Source of the DNA: Lama glama
Lineage: Eukaryota
Reading direction: 5' to 3'
Assembly: GCA_028534125.1 (NCBI GenBank)
Contig: CM052816.1
Span: 69,814,001-69,878,000 of the forward strand
DNA length: 64,000 bases
Part shown: one piece after another, positions 37,631 through 51,649 of the stretch
Layout of the letters: each line of letters begins with the position of its first letter
Position numbering within the stretch: the first letter of the stretch is position 1
The notes under the pieces: model-generated
Seen by the model: the letters and a program-made list of their open reading frames with translations, nothing else
What the model was told of the DNA's origin: nothing
Database searches by the model: none
Made by a program: the position numbers and the translations under genes

Positions 37631-37700
37631 ACTGACTCCTTCCAACTTTAGCATTTGGGAGTCCCAGATTTCTGTTTACATTTGTGTTGCCTGTTTAAGT
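37482..37700 (+). terminator. Candidate tandem polyadenylation signals: ATTAAA (37482) and AATAAA (37600)
   Basis: Several upstream TGTA motifs (~37240-37435); T/GT-rich sequence downstream (~37668-37696). Confidence 0.5.
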
Positions 37701-40700
37701 CTTCAAAATAAGTTCTGCTGCTCTTGGGTCAAAACAAATGATTAATTCACATTTCTTTTGAAGCCACTGCGAAAACCTTAGGAGACCAAAGGAAAAAGCA
37801 TCGGTGTCTTTTCCAGTCGGTTTGTCTTCAGCGGAGATTTAGTTTCATTGGAGCTATTCCGTCAGAATGCGTGAGCAGAGTTGAGATGTTAATGGCAAGT
37901 GTCATCCTTCAATCAAAGCACCATTTTATAATATTTGTTGTAAAAGTAGCTTTCTGAGTGTAACTATTTGGAGCCATGAAGTGCGTCCTTCAGTGAGGAT
38001 TGGTGCCCTCAGGAAACAGTGACTCAGGAGGAAATGCCATGTATTTTCAGGTCCATCCTTAAGGATGAGAGTATTCTATAAAACAGAAAGAAAAATAAGA
38101 TAGATGGACGAAGAAGAGGAAGGAAAAGGGGGAAAAGAAAAACATAATAGAAAGTGAAAAATACAAATCCCAGCTCTTGTTTGGTCCCAGATGCAACGTT
38201 ATCCTGACACATTATTTAACTACACAGAAAGCTTGCAACACCTCGCTTCTAAGCTGGGATCCAACCTGCGTTCCTAGTTTTGGTTCCAAGGTTGGCAATT
38301 AGCAGTTATCAAGTTCCTAAGCACCTCAGACCTATCCAAGCAAATGTGGACAGAACAGTAAGATTTTGAAGCAAAAGGGGTTTTTTTAATAATGTCCAGA
38401 TGGAATATTCAGACTCGAGTGGAAATCTAATATTCATGCCTGGCTTTATCCTCTTTATAATTTTAGAGTGCATTTTCATTAACCTCCTGACCTAATGGTG
38501 CAAACAGAAAGGAAAAGGTATGTGGAGGGGGCGGGAAGTGGGAGTTGCCCTTGGGGACCCCTCGTTTTCAATGCATTTGGAAGGAGGGATAAAACTTTAG
38601 GAGAATGTAGATCTCCTGCCATGTCTTTCCCTTAGCCCAGGTCCTGGGGATCTGAAGTTCATGCTGTGAAATGCATTATCACATCATGTTGGGAATTCCT
38701 GGATCCCAAGGGTTCACAACTTTTGAGTCCCCACTGAGTCAGCATGATTAAATGATTTGCATCTCGAAGTTAAATGTTTTCCAGCTCAGATGCATGAAGT
38801 GACGGATGAGCTCGGTTTGGCGCCCTACCCCACCCTCCTTGTCCTGATTTAGGAACATGAAAGGGATCCCTGTAAGACCCAGAAGCCTTAGATGGGGTAT
38901 CAGTTTCCCCTCCCCTTTCCAATCTTTGAATGAAAAACTTTCCTTCCACCTACTGTTCCATCAGAGCTGGGACTTCTGGCTTCCCATCCTGGGGATTCAT
39001 CTGTGTGTGACGACCTCTTCACAAAGTGGCTTTCTCTGAAAACCAACACCAAGAGTTTAAAAGTCACGAAGAAGAACCTCTCCAAGATGCATCCTTCTTT
39101 CCTTACAAAACAGTGAAGTAAAAAGTGCATGATTCTTCTCTCAGATGTTCTCTACTCTCCCATCTTGCATTCCGGCTCTGTTCCATGAGGCCTGCTCTAA
39201 TCACTGGGTCCTGGTTTAGGAAGGCCACCAACGATGTTCTTAGGCTTTGCTGACCCCCGTTTTCATCATCTGCTCAAGTCCTCAGATTGCCAGAAGGTTC
39301 CATGGCACTCTCTATTTGAATAATCACTTTTTACAGGGAAATGGTTCAGGTTTTGTGGTTCAAAGTAACTTCACTTACCATATGTATTTTGTAAGGTGAC
39401 TGGTATCCTGTTTGGAGAATAAGGAGAGGGACTCCTCGATTTCATGCCTCGCTCAGGTCAGCTTGGTTTTTGACCCAGTCTGACTCCTGGCCCCTTACTG
39501 CTCCAGTAGACATTTCCACAACTACGGACCAACTTGGGCACAGCCATCAAATCACACTTTTTAAAACAAGATCCTCTTGAGGGGAAAAAAATCTGCATAC
39601 TACCAAAGAATGATGGATTCCTTTTTTTGTTCGTTCTTTCTCTTTTGTTCAAAAATCTCTGCCTCTTATTCTGAGGCTCTCAAAATACTCTACACATATA
39701 TTTCACCCTGGATCTCTTTAGCAGGCACCTTCCCACCATAGAGGTGAGTTGACAGTGTTGTCCCTAGATAGGAAAGCCTGGCTCCAAACATATGGGGACG
39801 GGGGACATGCTGATAAATGAAAATCAGTCTTGAATAAGCGTCAGATTCCCAGGTCTCCCTCTCTCCCTGGTTTCCTCATGGAACATAGGGTGGTGGGGGA
39901 GGTGGGCGTTTCCAAAAAAGCCTAAGATCACTTACATCACAGGCAGCCCTCCCAGTAGGTGTGAAACCCAGCCTAGAATGCCACAGCCTCTGCTGACAAG
40001 TGATTCATTGAGACAAAGGCTGGAGCTCCAGCATCAAAAAGATGTCAGACAAAACACCAAACGCCTATGAATGACTGCTTTGCAAGCAGTGGAATGACTG
40101 GGAGACCTGGCCTAATGATGCCCTCCATGTCTGGACAAGCTTACAGGAGACATGGGGAGGGGAGCAGGGGCACGGGGAGCTGTTTTCCAACAGAGCCTGT
40201 GAAGAAGGCTGTTTTCTAGGGGGAGAAGGGAAACCACAATCCTCACCTGAGAGGCTCGTGGGGGAATGAATGGTTTCTGGCTGGTGTGTGGATAATCTAT
40301 GGCAAGGTCAATCAGAAAAATGTGTGTCCAGGGCACCTGAAGGCCAGACTGTGATGATGTGATATTAAATCATTAGACATATAAATAGAATAAATTAAAA
40401 ATGAGAAGATTGGTTTGGAACGGAAACTGCTCACCGAAAGGCAGAGACAGGAATGCAAACAGTGTGTCTGGCTGTCATTCTCTGTCATCTGGAGCAAGTC
40501 AGGCCCGGCCCTGGACCTTCTCCAGTTGTTTTACAACTTTCTAGACAAGGGGTGTATCAACCCCACACTTTTATTAAGCAGCTGTGACAGAATTTGTCAG
40601 GTGAAGGCTTGTCAAGACTCAGCTTACCTTTGTCTTTTTTATAGGTTTTATCGCAGTTGTAAGTTTTTATTGTGATAGTGTTAGAGTTTTAATTTATTCA

Positions 40701-41869
40701 TGTATTCGGTGTGTTTTTGTTGAACACCTAGTGTGTTCCAGGCGTTGTGTTGGATGCTTGGGATACAGCACTAAACAGGACAGTCTTGGTTGCTATCTTG
40801 GTAGGACTTCAGTAGCATTGGTTCCATTGGTTGATTTCTATAACTCCAGAGAATTTTTTTAAATTTGGGGGGCATTTTGTTCTATTAAAATTGTAATTTG
40901 AATCTCTAGATTTTTAACTATTTTTTTTCTTGGTCCTGTTTCCTGGTTTTCCACCCTCCTAACTTAAAATTACCTCTTAATTTATAGTTTCTTTTGAAAC
41001 CATAAATAAAACTAGAAGTCTAACAAACACAGACACAGGAAAGGCTTTACCTCTAAATGTCTTTCTAAATAGAACTCTGTAAAACTGGCACCTTTTTTTT
41101 CTGCTATTTTACTGCTACAACAGCGAAGCATGTGTCTAGCACACAAAAGTGCTTCCAGAGTGCCAAACCAAACTCTGTCAGTCACCTACCGCCTTGGTCT
41201 CATCCTTCTGGTGATCTGATAAATGACCTATATTTGAAATGATGAATCTCCAAGAGCAAAATTCTTCTCTCGTGTATCTCAGGGGCAGTCTGTTGTGTTT
41301 TATTCCACCTAACAATAAAAACTGCTGTGTTTAAAAAAAAAAAAGCCACGATTCACACACCCAGACAGAGGGAATAACCTATAAGCTGTATAACCCCCTG
41401 GATGTTTTGGTAGACAGAAGCAGTGAGTTTCAACTGGATTTCAGGCTGCTCTGTTTGCCCCCTCTAGACCCATTATTTATTCCAAGATGGTACTTGGGCA
41501 AAGTTGTTCCTTTAGCAGGAGCTAACACATTTTGGATTTGGAGCATTTTTGAAAAGTCTGTACTAACACATTCTCATTTCCCTGAACACCAGAAGTCCAT
41601 TCTGCTTTTCCCTCACCAGCCCCAAGCCCCTTGATAAATATGCCTCTCAGAGAACCACAACATATCTGCTACAGTCTACGAGGCTGGGTACCCAGGTAGA
41701 ATCACAAAAATAAACAGAAACCTTTCTGTTTTAATTCAGTTTGGTAATTTCAAGTCATCCCAAACTTTTAGGTAAAACAGCAAAATCCAGTGAAGTCACA
41801 TGATACCAGAGATTAATTAAAATGTGTGGTTTACACTTTGAAGTTCTGCCCCTCATGAAATAATGGAGC

Positions 41870-42600
41870 TGAGCAGTGATCCTCAGTGTCTGCTAATGTC
41901 ACACAGAGGGAAACCACCAGGCATTATGTGCTTCCTGAGAGAAGGATACAATGCCACCAGTGAAGTATTCTTGCCCCCAAAATTGAACCTGAGTCTGATC
42001 AAGCTTCTAGATCTAACCAACAATTTGCAGAAGATGTAGGAACAGAAGAGTATGTTAAATCACACCTGGTGATTTAATTGCAATAATTAGAATCCAGACT
42101 ATTGGAAATTCAACTGGACAAATGAGTTGGTTTCTTAAATAGCAGGAAGGAAACGAGTAATAAAGAGAGGAAATCTATAGAGTAAGTAAGTCTTAAGAGC
42201 TCTATCAAACAGTTGCAGAGTGTAGACCTTATTTAGATTCCAGCTCAAGCTACCAAAATGTAAAAGGCTAAGATGAGACATTGGAGAAATGTAAACACTT
42301 AGTAAATATCTTATGAATTAAGGAAGCATTGGTTACTAGGATATTTTAGGCATGATAATGGAATTGTGTTTGTGTATTTTTTTTCAGGGAGCCCTTATCA
42401 GTGACATATACTGAGATATTTATGGATGAAATATTATGCTTGAGATTTATTTCAAAATAATCGATTGGGTGGAGAGAAGAACAGAAGTAGGAGAGGATAG
42501 AGATGAAACAAGATTGGCCGTGGGTGACAATTGTTGAAGCCAAGTGATGGTGACATGGAGGTTCATAGTAACTTATTGTCTGCCTCTGTATAACAGACAT
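41870..42600 (+). mobile_element. Old L1 (L1MC4/5-like) 3'UTR
   Basis: catatactgagatatttatggatgaaat...gatgaaacaagattggcc...ttgttgaagc...acatggaggttcat. Confidence 0.75.
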
Positions 42601-43019
42601 TTTTGTGAAGAAAAAGTGTTTGAAAAAATGTTTGAAAGAGAGGAAAAGGGAAAAGAGAAAGTGAAGAGAGAAAATAAAAAAGGTACAGAATAGAAGATAC
42701 CTGCAACACAAAACCAAGTCTGTTCCCAGAATATACTCAGAACTATTCAAATCAAGAAGGAAAAAAGAGTGTTCAACTTAATGGAAAAGTCTGCGAGAGA
42801 CTTGAACAGTCACTTCATGGAGGAAGATGCTATCCAAATGGCCAATAACCTTACTAATAGCGGGGTGCTACCATGAGCTAACTATGCACTCACCAGAATA
42901 GCTAAAATTAAAGACATTACCAGGAAAAAGAGAATAAGGAAAAAGAAATGTGTGTCAGTCTGGCATGTTAATCACCACTGAAAATTTCTGTCCTGATTCC
43001 AAGAAGGAAGTTTATAGCA

Positions 43020-43250
43020 TAGTGACTAATCGCCCAGCGTTTGGAGTCAACCAGAACTGGCTTAGAGTTCGGCTCCACCCCCTCCTAGTCACATGGCACT
43101 GGAGAAGTCATTTATTTGTGTTTCAGTTTCTCCTCTACAGTTGAGGTAATACGCCTACTTCAGAGGGTTACCCTGAGTACCAGATAACGTCATCTGTGTG
43201 AAGTGCTTCTCACGGTGCCTGGCACATAGGAAACATTCGATAAATGGTGA
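43020..43250 (+). mobile_element. MIR SINE
   Basis: tttggagtca...tcagtttctcctctac...cacggtgcctggcacatag. Confidence 0.75.
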
Positions 43251-43859
43251 CAACTGTGACTCCAGGAATGGATGTTTGAAGCAGTTTTCCCTTTGTATTT
43301 CTTAGGTAAAAAGGTAAGGGAGCTGAGGGAGGTTGCAAGGTATAAATGGTGAGGTTTTACAACCAAGGAAGTTATGTAAAGGCTACAACAAAATCAGCCT
43401 TGGAAGCCTGTCCTCACCTGGTCGTGGAGTCTTTCTAGACCGGGTGAACACACCTCCGGTGACCTCCACGGCCTCAGCCTTTCATCATTCAACTCCCCAT
43501 TCACTCATTTATTCATTCAGCAACACAGATTGAATGTACATTGTGTGCGAGGCATTGGGGCTATATGTACTGGAGAGAGGTAAAAATTTAAAATAGAATC
43601 AAATATAGTGCTCAGAACTAAATATTTGCTAGTTAAATATTGATTTTTTTTCTGAAGTCACTGCATTTTTTTAGTACTTTCTGTGTCATCATTAGCTTAT
43701 AAATCACAGAAAGGCAGTGCTTTTGTCTGATGTTTCCTTTTTAACTCTTTATAGCCCCTAATACAGGAAAATTTCATGAAAATTGCTGACTGGCTAACAA
43801 CTTCAAGTTAGAGCATTTTAAGTGCAATGCATTTTTTCGTATTTGATGAAATTGATTTT

Positions 43860-44470
43860 CATTGATTCACTTTCATTGCGGAAAATATGGTTATATAAAG
43901 GAGAAAAGAGAAAATAACTGCACTCCTAGAAAGAATCACATTGATGTTGTGATATATCACCTTTTAATCTCTTTTCTATCCACATACAATTTACAAAATT
44001 GGGGTCAGACTATGCATATTGTTTTGGAACGTAGTTTTTATTTACCAATACATTAGGAGCGTTTTTCCATGTTATTGGATTTTTTTTTCTCTAAAACATG
44101 ATTTTTTATGGCTCCCTTGCACTCACAAATACCATTATTAATCTAACTCATTCCCTGTTGTTGGATAGTTGGATTTCTGCCTTAAATGTCTGTGTAGAAG
44201 GATGTTTGTGCACATTTCCTGATGACTTCCGTAGCAAGTGAATTGACAGGGTTCATCGTGGAATTACAGGGTCAAAGGCATAAACATGTTTAAGGTTTTT
44301 AAAACATGTTTTCAAATTGCCTTCCCAGCCTGTATCAATCCACACCTCCAACCTGTGACTAGATGTCAGTTTGTTTTTCTATTATCTTGTGAAATTGGGC
44401 TTTTGATTTATTTTAATCTATCCTGATTTAATAGGTAGAAAATGAAATCTTGTTTTAATTTGCTTCTGTG
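43860..44470 (-). mobile_element. Old L1 (L1ME-like) fragment
   Basis: ttccctgttgttggatagttgg...gtggaattacagggtcaaagg...caaattgccttcc. Confidence 0.6.
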
Positions 44471-44829
44471 ATAACTTCCATTTTAGCAAGAGTTTAAATA
44501 AACAAAACAGCTTTGGTCATCACTTCCTGGGGAGGTGAAAGAAGTGACCAATGTTTAATTCTCTCTGCTAAATTGTTTACCTCAAACATGTCCCATCCAC
44601 ATACTATGTGACATTGACCACAGGGAAGATACGCGATGTATAGTATGTATGTTTTTGTGGAGTGAAAAGATTTATAAATAAACACCATATACTTATGGTG
44701 AGTCCATTGTGTAGAAAGTAAGGTGAAAGGAGGGGTAGGAGGGAGAGACATAGTAGAGGCACAAAGGAGGCAAGGATCATAGGTAGTAATCTCTTGCCCA
44801 GAAGGAAAGAATGAAAACACAACTGGAAA

Positions 44830-45010
44830 GAAAGGTAGGTTGAGGTCAGATTGTGGGGGGCCTTTAGCGCCATGACAAAGAACTTGGACGAAATCTAGTG
44901 ATCAGTGGGAGCCAGTGAATGTTTTTGAGACAAGGAGCATAATCAAAACAGCTCTTTAGGGAGAGTAACCTGAGGGGAGTGTGGATTGAAAGAGGGAACT
45001 TCCAGGATGG
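44830..45010 (-). mobile_element. L2 LINE fragment
   Basis: ggtcagattgtggggggcctt...gtgggagccagtgaatgtttttgag. Confidence 0.55.
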
Positions 45011-45562
45011 TGGCAGGTAATTCTGCAGAAGAATAAATGTGATAAGATGAAAGGTGTCACAGGAAAACATTTGTCAGTGGGACCAACAAGTAAATTACTG
45101 AGGCCAAAGTGAGGGCCTGAGGAAATGAAGGGAGAATATAAAACCAGCCTTCTTACCTTTATCACCTGCCTGTCACACCAGAACCCCATTGTCCAGGACA
45201 GTGAAGACCAGATTGGACGGCCTCCAGAGGTGGCCCTTAGTAAATTTCCATGATGCGAGTGGATGAGTGGAGGTTCTGCAGGGTGCTGCTCCCCTCCACC
45301 CACCCATGGAACACTTGCAAAGATCAGAGGAGCCCCATGGGCCACCTGGAAATTGCTTTGCTGAGCACACTCAAGTTGCCCCAGATAATGGGGTGCAACC
45401 ACTAAACTCACCAACAAATAAGGTGGGGAGGATCCATTTCTGAGGCTCCGTGGCTGGGCTGCTAGGGTAACTGGAACAACATTTTTCAAGATGCAGCTGT
45501 ACTTTACATGGTCCAACAACAGCTAGATGGCAGAAACTCTATTTCGCTCTATTTGCCCGGTT

Positions 45563-47166
45563 CAGGTTTTCCTTCGCGAGTGGGCCACTGGTGCACTCAC
45601 ACAGGGTCCCATATGCAGAAGGGCCCTGAGCTTGACTCGGTGCCCCACTCTCACCAACTTGAAATTCTTAATTTTATCTTTGAATTTGTGTTTTGTAAGT
45701 GAAGTCCAAAGGGATGACAGTGCCTGCGTGTGAGTAGAGGAGATACTGCAGGACGCGTGTCCTTGCCCGCCGTTCATACACAGCGTTTCTGACGTCCCAT
45801 TAGCACAGCAGCCCATGGACCCACGATGTGTGTGATCCAAGTACAAGGTAAGCACGTTAAGTTTATGACTGGCCGTGAGGAGTGGCTGACATCCCTCAAA
45901 GGCATTCTTTCCAGCCAAACCTGAACTTGCCTCAAATGCAGGAAGGAGGCAGATGGCAGTCTAAAAAACAGCACTAATCGAGAAATTCCTAAGAGAGGGA
46001 GAATCATCTTCCCACTCCCTTTCTAGATTCTTGGCTGATAAACAGGAGAAAAACAAACTAGTTTAATAGCATATACACCTCCTATACACATGAGAGATAC
46101 CCAGGAAAACTGAATAACTCCCCTAAATGGCTCAAGCCGTCTCCAACTAAAGGCTAAAGAAGATGTTGGGGGGCAGTGGGAGGGAAGGCAGTCATGGGAG
46201 ATTATCAGGCAAAGCACAGTAAACCAAGGACTTGGTGGTTTTGCAGATTTTAGCCACTTGCCTTCTCCATCGGTAAGAATTTCTAGAGATTTAGTCATCC
46301 TCCTCCTCCTGGTACAGAGAGGGAGACACCCTTAGTGGAGATTTTTCTTCTAAATATAAATTTCTTTTACAGATTTTTCTTACAAGGAGAGAGACACCCT
46401 TCCCTAAAGGAAATTTTTCTTCTAAATGTAAATTTTAAAAATGTAAATTGTTCTTCTGAATGTAAATCTCTCTCTTTTTCTTCTAAATGTAAATTTCTCT
46501 TACAAAATTTCTCTTTCTCTTCTCAGTTTTCAGAGCTTCTCCTGCATCTGCTATTTCTTTAAAATAACCAGCCTAAAATGATCCTTATGCCAAGGAGACG
46601 TATTCTGGGGTGGCAAATTCTGCTCCTCTTCAAATTCTGTCATATTGTTTCTTACCTGTGTTAACTTCACATATTAGCCAACCACTTACACTGAAAACAA
46701 TGACATAAAAGGGAGAGGAAGACAGGGCAGCCCACAGTTCCAGTCCTTTTCAGTCCTTTCTTACTAATCAGTAGTTCAAGGTAGAGAGTTGATGGAATGT
46801 GTGTGTATATCAAGAAGTGAAATAAAAACAGATGAGTTCATTTGGGGCAAAACACAAGTGCATTGTACAAGCTGTGAAATACAAATCGTGTGATTTCAGT
46901 GACTGCATACAAGTTAAAAATGCACTCAAAACTGGCATTGCACAATGCAAAGATGAATAGTCAAGTTTATGTTAATTTTAATTTTTAATTTTTGTTGACT
47001 TAGAATGACATTAAATAGCAAATACAAATCACCATGGCCAGTCAACATCCAAACCTTGGAAGAAAGGAAAAAGCTTTATATTAAAGACATTTTTTCCTGC
47101 TTTTTGAACAAGAGGCCCCATATTTTCACATTGCTCTGGGTTCTCCACATTATATAGCCAGTCCTA
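45563..47166 (+). mobile_element. MER45B-like (hAT-Tip100) element interrupted by an LTR
   Basis: 5' end cacagggtcccatatgcagaagggccc...ttgaaattcttaat; 3' end ttttgaacaagaggccccatattttca...tatagccagtcct. Confidence 0.8.
45989..46632 (-). mobile_element. ERV1-class (MER4/MER41-like) solo LTR nested in MER45B
   Basis: Minus strand begins TGAAGAGGAGCAGAATTTGCCACCCCAGAATA; short flanking direct repeat aattc at 45984 and 46633. Confidence 0.7.
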
Positions 47167-47189
47167 CCCTCAATATACACACGGGCTCT

Positions 47190-47400
47190 GAAATTAACTG
47201 CGTTTGAATTCCGATGTTGACACTTGCTGACCTTGGGTGAGTTGTTAACCTTTCTAAGGCTCAGTTTCCTCATCTGTAGAATGGGACTATTAGCAATTCA
47301 TATCATATAACCATAGGGTCTTTATAAGGATTAAATGAAATACTAAAAAAAACTTAGCACCTTGCCTGCCACATAGCAGATGCTTAATAAACATTAGTTT
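47190..47400 (+). mobile_element. MIR SINE
   Basis: tgaccttgggtgagttgttaacctttctaaggctcagtttcctcatctgtagaatggg. Confidence 0.85.
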
Positions 47401-47914
47401 TTATAGGATAAATTGTTGGTTACTGCAGTCACTCTGGCGTTCCACCACACAGCGTTGCTGATGGAGACTTACTGTGTGTGCTTTATTTGACCTGTCTCTG
47501 CTGTCTTCTTAGCAGGGGAGGGGGCTGCTACCCTCCTTCAATACAGTATCTACAGTATGGGGCTGGAAAAGTCATCAAAACCATTAAAGGTATTAGGGGT
47601 GTTTACTCCACATTCCTATCTAGTTGCTGCCCAATTAACATGATTTGCAGCTGAGAAAATAATACTCTCCTCCGTCAGAGATGAATTGGGTCCCCGAACT
47701 GTGAAACAAAGGGGAGAAGCTGGTGATGTTTATAGAAGTTATTGCAGACAAATGCACTTCAAAAGGAACTGTGGTGACAGATTCTGTTTCACAGGGTCCT
47801 CCCAATTCTTCTCCGCCTCCTGAGACCCTTCCTCAGACTCAGCCGGGTGTTTTTACCACTGTCCCGCCGCTTTAGGATATAGTGCTCTGTGTGCAATTAG
47901 TCTAGAGTCTAGAC

Positions 47915-48222
47915 CAGCTCTGCCCAATACAGTGGCGACTGAGCCCTTGAGAGGTGGCTCGATCAGATCTAGGTGTGCTGTCAGGAGAAAATACACACCA
48001 AATTTCAAAGACCTAGGACCCCAAAATGTAAAATATCATTAATGATTTTATATGGATAACATGTTGAAATGATAATATTGGGGACATATTGGGTTAAAAC
48101 ATATTAAAATTCATTTCACCTCTTTCTATTCACTTATTTATTTGTTTTATAATTTAGTGTGGCTACTAGAAAATTTAAAGTGACACATGACTTGCGTTAT
48201 ATTTCCATCGGACGGCCTGTCC
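47915..48222. mobile_element. MER33-like (hAT-Charlie) element
   Basis: aaatacacaccaaatttcaaagac...gtggctactagaaaattta; Charlie-type TSD gtctagac (47907) vs atctagac (48223). Confidence 0.8.
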
Positions 48223-51200
48223 ATCTAGACTGTGGGTTCGGCAGCCCTGGGCAAAGGTTGATGGGAATGTAGAGTCCAGTTCTGAACGGTAAGTGGAGTC
48301 GGGGAGATTTTGGGCTGGCAGTGACCCCTCTTGCCGAAACGAGGTATATTTGTGACAATTGCAGCATGTGGAGCCCAGGCTAAGAGACTGTAAACCTGCC
48401 TTCCTTCTGGTTCTAATACTTACTTAACCTCAAAGGAACTTTAAATTTAAACCAAATGGCATGGGAGATTTTAGTAGGCTGATGTATTGCTCTCCATTCA
48501 GCCATTTGAGAAATCCTACTGAGGTCCCCGCGCAGCTGAGTTCCAGTCACCACCATATTCCAGTGGAAGTCTGGCACAGCACTAATGAGCTGATGAGATT
48601 TTTTTTCTCACTTGTTTGATATTAAATAGGAAAGCCTTTTGAATTAAACGTTTACAGATAGTGTGAAAATTGGAAATGAGGGTTTTTGCTGAGCCAACTA
48701 CAGATCCAAAGACTGCAGTTGCCTGATGGGAAGAGAACAGAGCTTCTGGGTCCCACCTCTAGCCCCGCCACCAGCCTGGGTAACAGAAGCCGTTTGCCTG
48801 CTTCCTCTTTTCCAGTGTGTGTTGCTCACGCACTGAGTCCACTGGGTTTGTCCTACTCTGTCCTGGACACCATTATTTAAGATAACAACTTACTGATCTA
48901 AGTCAAGAATTTAAAGCTTTTGGATTGTGGGGCTGAGCCCATTTCTTTTGTTCAGAAGCTGTTGCCAGACCTTGGCATGAGTCCCTCAAATAACAACAGC
49001 AGCAGCCACAGTAATAATAATGGCCAGTGTTTATTGAGCCTTTACTATGTGCTCTAAATATGTTTGGTCACTTCAGCTTCAGCCCTACGTGACATAAAAG
49101 GATTTCTGTTTTGCTCTGGGTTTTTTTGTTTGTTTTTGAAACTGCCCTAGGTTACATAGTGAGTGGTAGACCCAGTCTATCTGACCAGAGCCCACACTTA
49201 GAACCACTCTGCTATTCTTGTGGAGAACAAATATTAAAATCTCAACAGTGTCCATCAGAAATCGCAAAATGATGAATCAGAACTTCTTTAGGCATTCAGC
49301 GGGCCAGGCACGTGTGTGTGAGCCAGTGACCCCAATATAAATGCTTCCTAGTACAAATGATGCTTGAGGGGTAAAAAGATCTCTAGTAAGGACTTAGTTC
49401 ACACAGAGCTACCTGAGAATAGCTTCCAGTAAAATCCTCCAAAATTGGAGATAACATGGATGACTTCTTTCACAGTGAAACTCTTTCTTCAAATAAAGTC
49501 TATTCTTAGACTAAATTTTAAAATAACTATGCAAAGGGGGAACTGTTAAGACCTCCACATGCTCATCCATCCATGCTGCACGATATGGCCCAAGGGCACC
49601 CCACACAGCTGCAGAGCGATGTGGAACCACTGGTGAACTGGGTAGGAGATCTGGAGTAGAATTCTCGTTTTGCTACTTGCCACTCCTGTGAGCCTCCCTG
49701 AGCCTCCGCACAATCGCTGCTCTCAGCAGGCAGCTGTGCTTCCCCGCAGTTCTCTAGAAAAAAAAAGTGGATTGTGTTGAGCTTTGCTGAAAAGAATCAT
49801 GTCTCCATAGAGGCCGAAGGAAAAGTCTTGCCTTCCCAGGCTTCTCACCACACCTCTTTCTTGAACTGGTGTGAACAGCCCGTCCCCAAGCCAAGATTTC
49901 ACCTCTGAAAGTGGCCTCACCAACTCCCGGTGGGGATGAGGTAGGTCATGGCAAAGGCTCTTCAAATGACTCTTTCCTGAAGGGAGACACAGAGCAGCAG
50001 GAAGAGCATGGGGAAATCAGAGGCTGAGCAAGGATCTTCGAGATTTAAGAGGGACCTCTCCAAGAGCCAGATGCACCATGGAGCTACCCTGGAGTCCAAA
50101 GCTGTTGTAGCAAAGCCCAGGAATTTCTTTTGCCTCCTTTCCTCAGCCACACACCTCTACTTCTTTCCTTAAACTCTCATGAGTCTTTATTAGGGGGGAT
50201 CCATGGAGAAAAAAAATCTATTTCAATACAAAGCACCTCTGGGTGGATGGTAAATGAGAACATTTGAGAAGGCGTTTGAATCTTCTCCTGAGCTGAGGAG
50301 CTTGTAGAAGAGAACGGTTAGGATTATCTTTCTACTTCTGTTGTGCCTGTGCCAGGCTGTCATAGCTCGTGCCAAATTAGAACAAGAAGGGCTTGCCACA
50401 AAGTGCTTTCCGTGTGGCACTACGTGCAGGGCTGTCAAAGCTACAAAAATAAACAAAATCTTAAGACATGGCTCTTGATTTGAGGGGCTTGATGGGAATT
50501 TAAGTTTAGAATTTAAAACTGAAACTATCCAGGGCAGTCAGAAAAGCGGCTGATCAATTTCTAGGATGTCTGTGGTGTCATTCAGACAGTGCGTGTGCTC
50601 TGTTCTTCAGAAGATTTTCAGACTCTGTGGTAAAGAGAGGGTTGTGTGATATATATTAGGGCACCAAAGGCATCTGTCCTCTTAGGGTGAATACACTGCG
50701 CCCCTCATGGCCCCCCCTAGTTTCGCCTGGACTGGTAACCCTGCTTATGGGCCTCGTTAACCCTTCCAGGCCCGTCACATCTTACTTTTCAAAGAATTAC
50801 TGTTGGCTGTAGTACCGATCTGTCTGTATGTGTTTTCACTAACTTATCTAAACCTTGAAGCTTTAATTTTCAAATAACTTATCAGGCTTGACGCAAATAA
50901 GGGGAAGAGAACTGTGTTCGCCTGTTGTCAACATGCTGTGCTGAAAGCATTCGCCAACACGTGTCAACTCTCCGGCTCACTTAACTTTTCCAGATGTGGC
51001 TGGATGGGCTGCCCAGTCAGTGACATTGCAGATGGATGGCCACAGCCCACTGTAGGCGGATGGACATGGGTACCTTTGATGTGATGGGGCGACTCTTCTC
51101 ATCTATTAGCCAGAAGGAAAAGCTATTTTCTTCTGTCAAGTCCTCAATTTATTCCCACCTCATAGAGACCGTATAATTAGCATGCATCAACACTCAGAAC

Positions 51201-51317
51201 TGGGGTGTGGGGCTTTCATTCCTATCCGCTGAGCCTGCAGCCAGTAGCCCCAGTGGAGTCAAAATAAAACTTATGTCAAGGAGATCTGTAGGCTGTTCTT
51301 TTGCCAGGCATGGTGTC

Positions 51318-51376
51318 TGTATGTGTATGTATATATGTGTATGTGTATGTGTGTGTGTGTGTGTATATATATATAT
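51318..51376 (+). repeat. Compound TG/TA microsatellite
   Basis: Read directly. Confidence 0.9.
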
Positions 51377-51649
51377 GAAAATGATTGCAGTTAATCTGTT
51401 TAATCAAACTTTCATCCCAAGCACACAAAGCAGGGCACCCATGTCCCTTACTCTCAGATGTCATTCATCCTCTCACATCCTTCATATAGAAATTTCAGAG
51501 TATCACAGCTCTCATCCTCCAGGGAGGAAAATAATGATTGGAAATACGAAGAAGAGAAAGAGCTGTTTAGCCGTCCATCTTCCTGGCAGATAGAGGGAGT
51601 AAAAGAACTTTCTGGTTTTCTTCTTCAGCAGGATGGACTGAACTTTGGC

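Noticed and set aside
43285..43320. Pyrimidine tract TAG|GTAAAAAG|GTAAGG resembling a recursive splice site or microexon
   Set aside because: Lies downstream of the inferred gene end with no supporting transcript context
44956..45519. Longest ORF in the track (187 aa, minus strand)
   Set aside because: No homology or coding-like composition; partly overlaps an L2 fragment
50696..50712. CTCF-like GGCCATGAGGGGCGCAG (minus strand)
   Set aside because: One base short in the core relative to the consensus spacing
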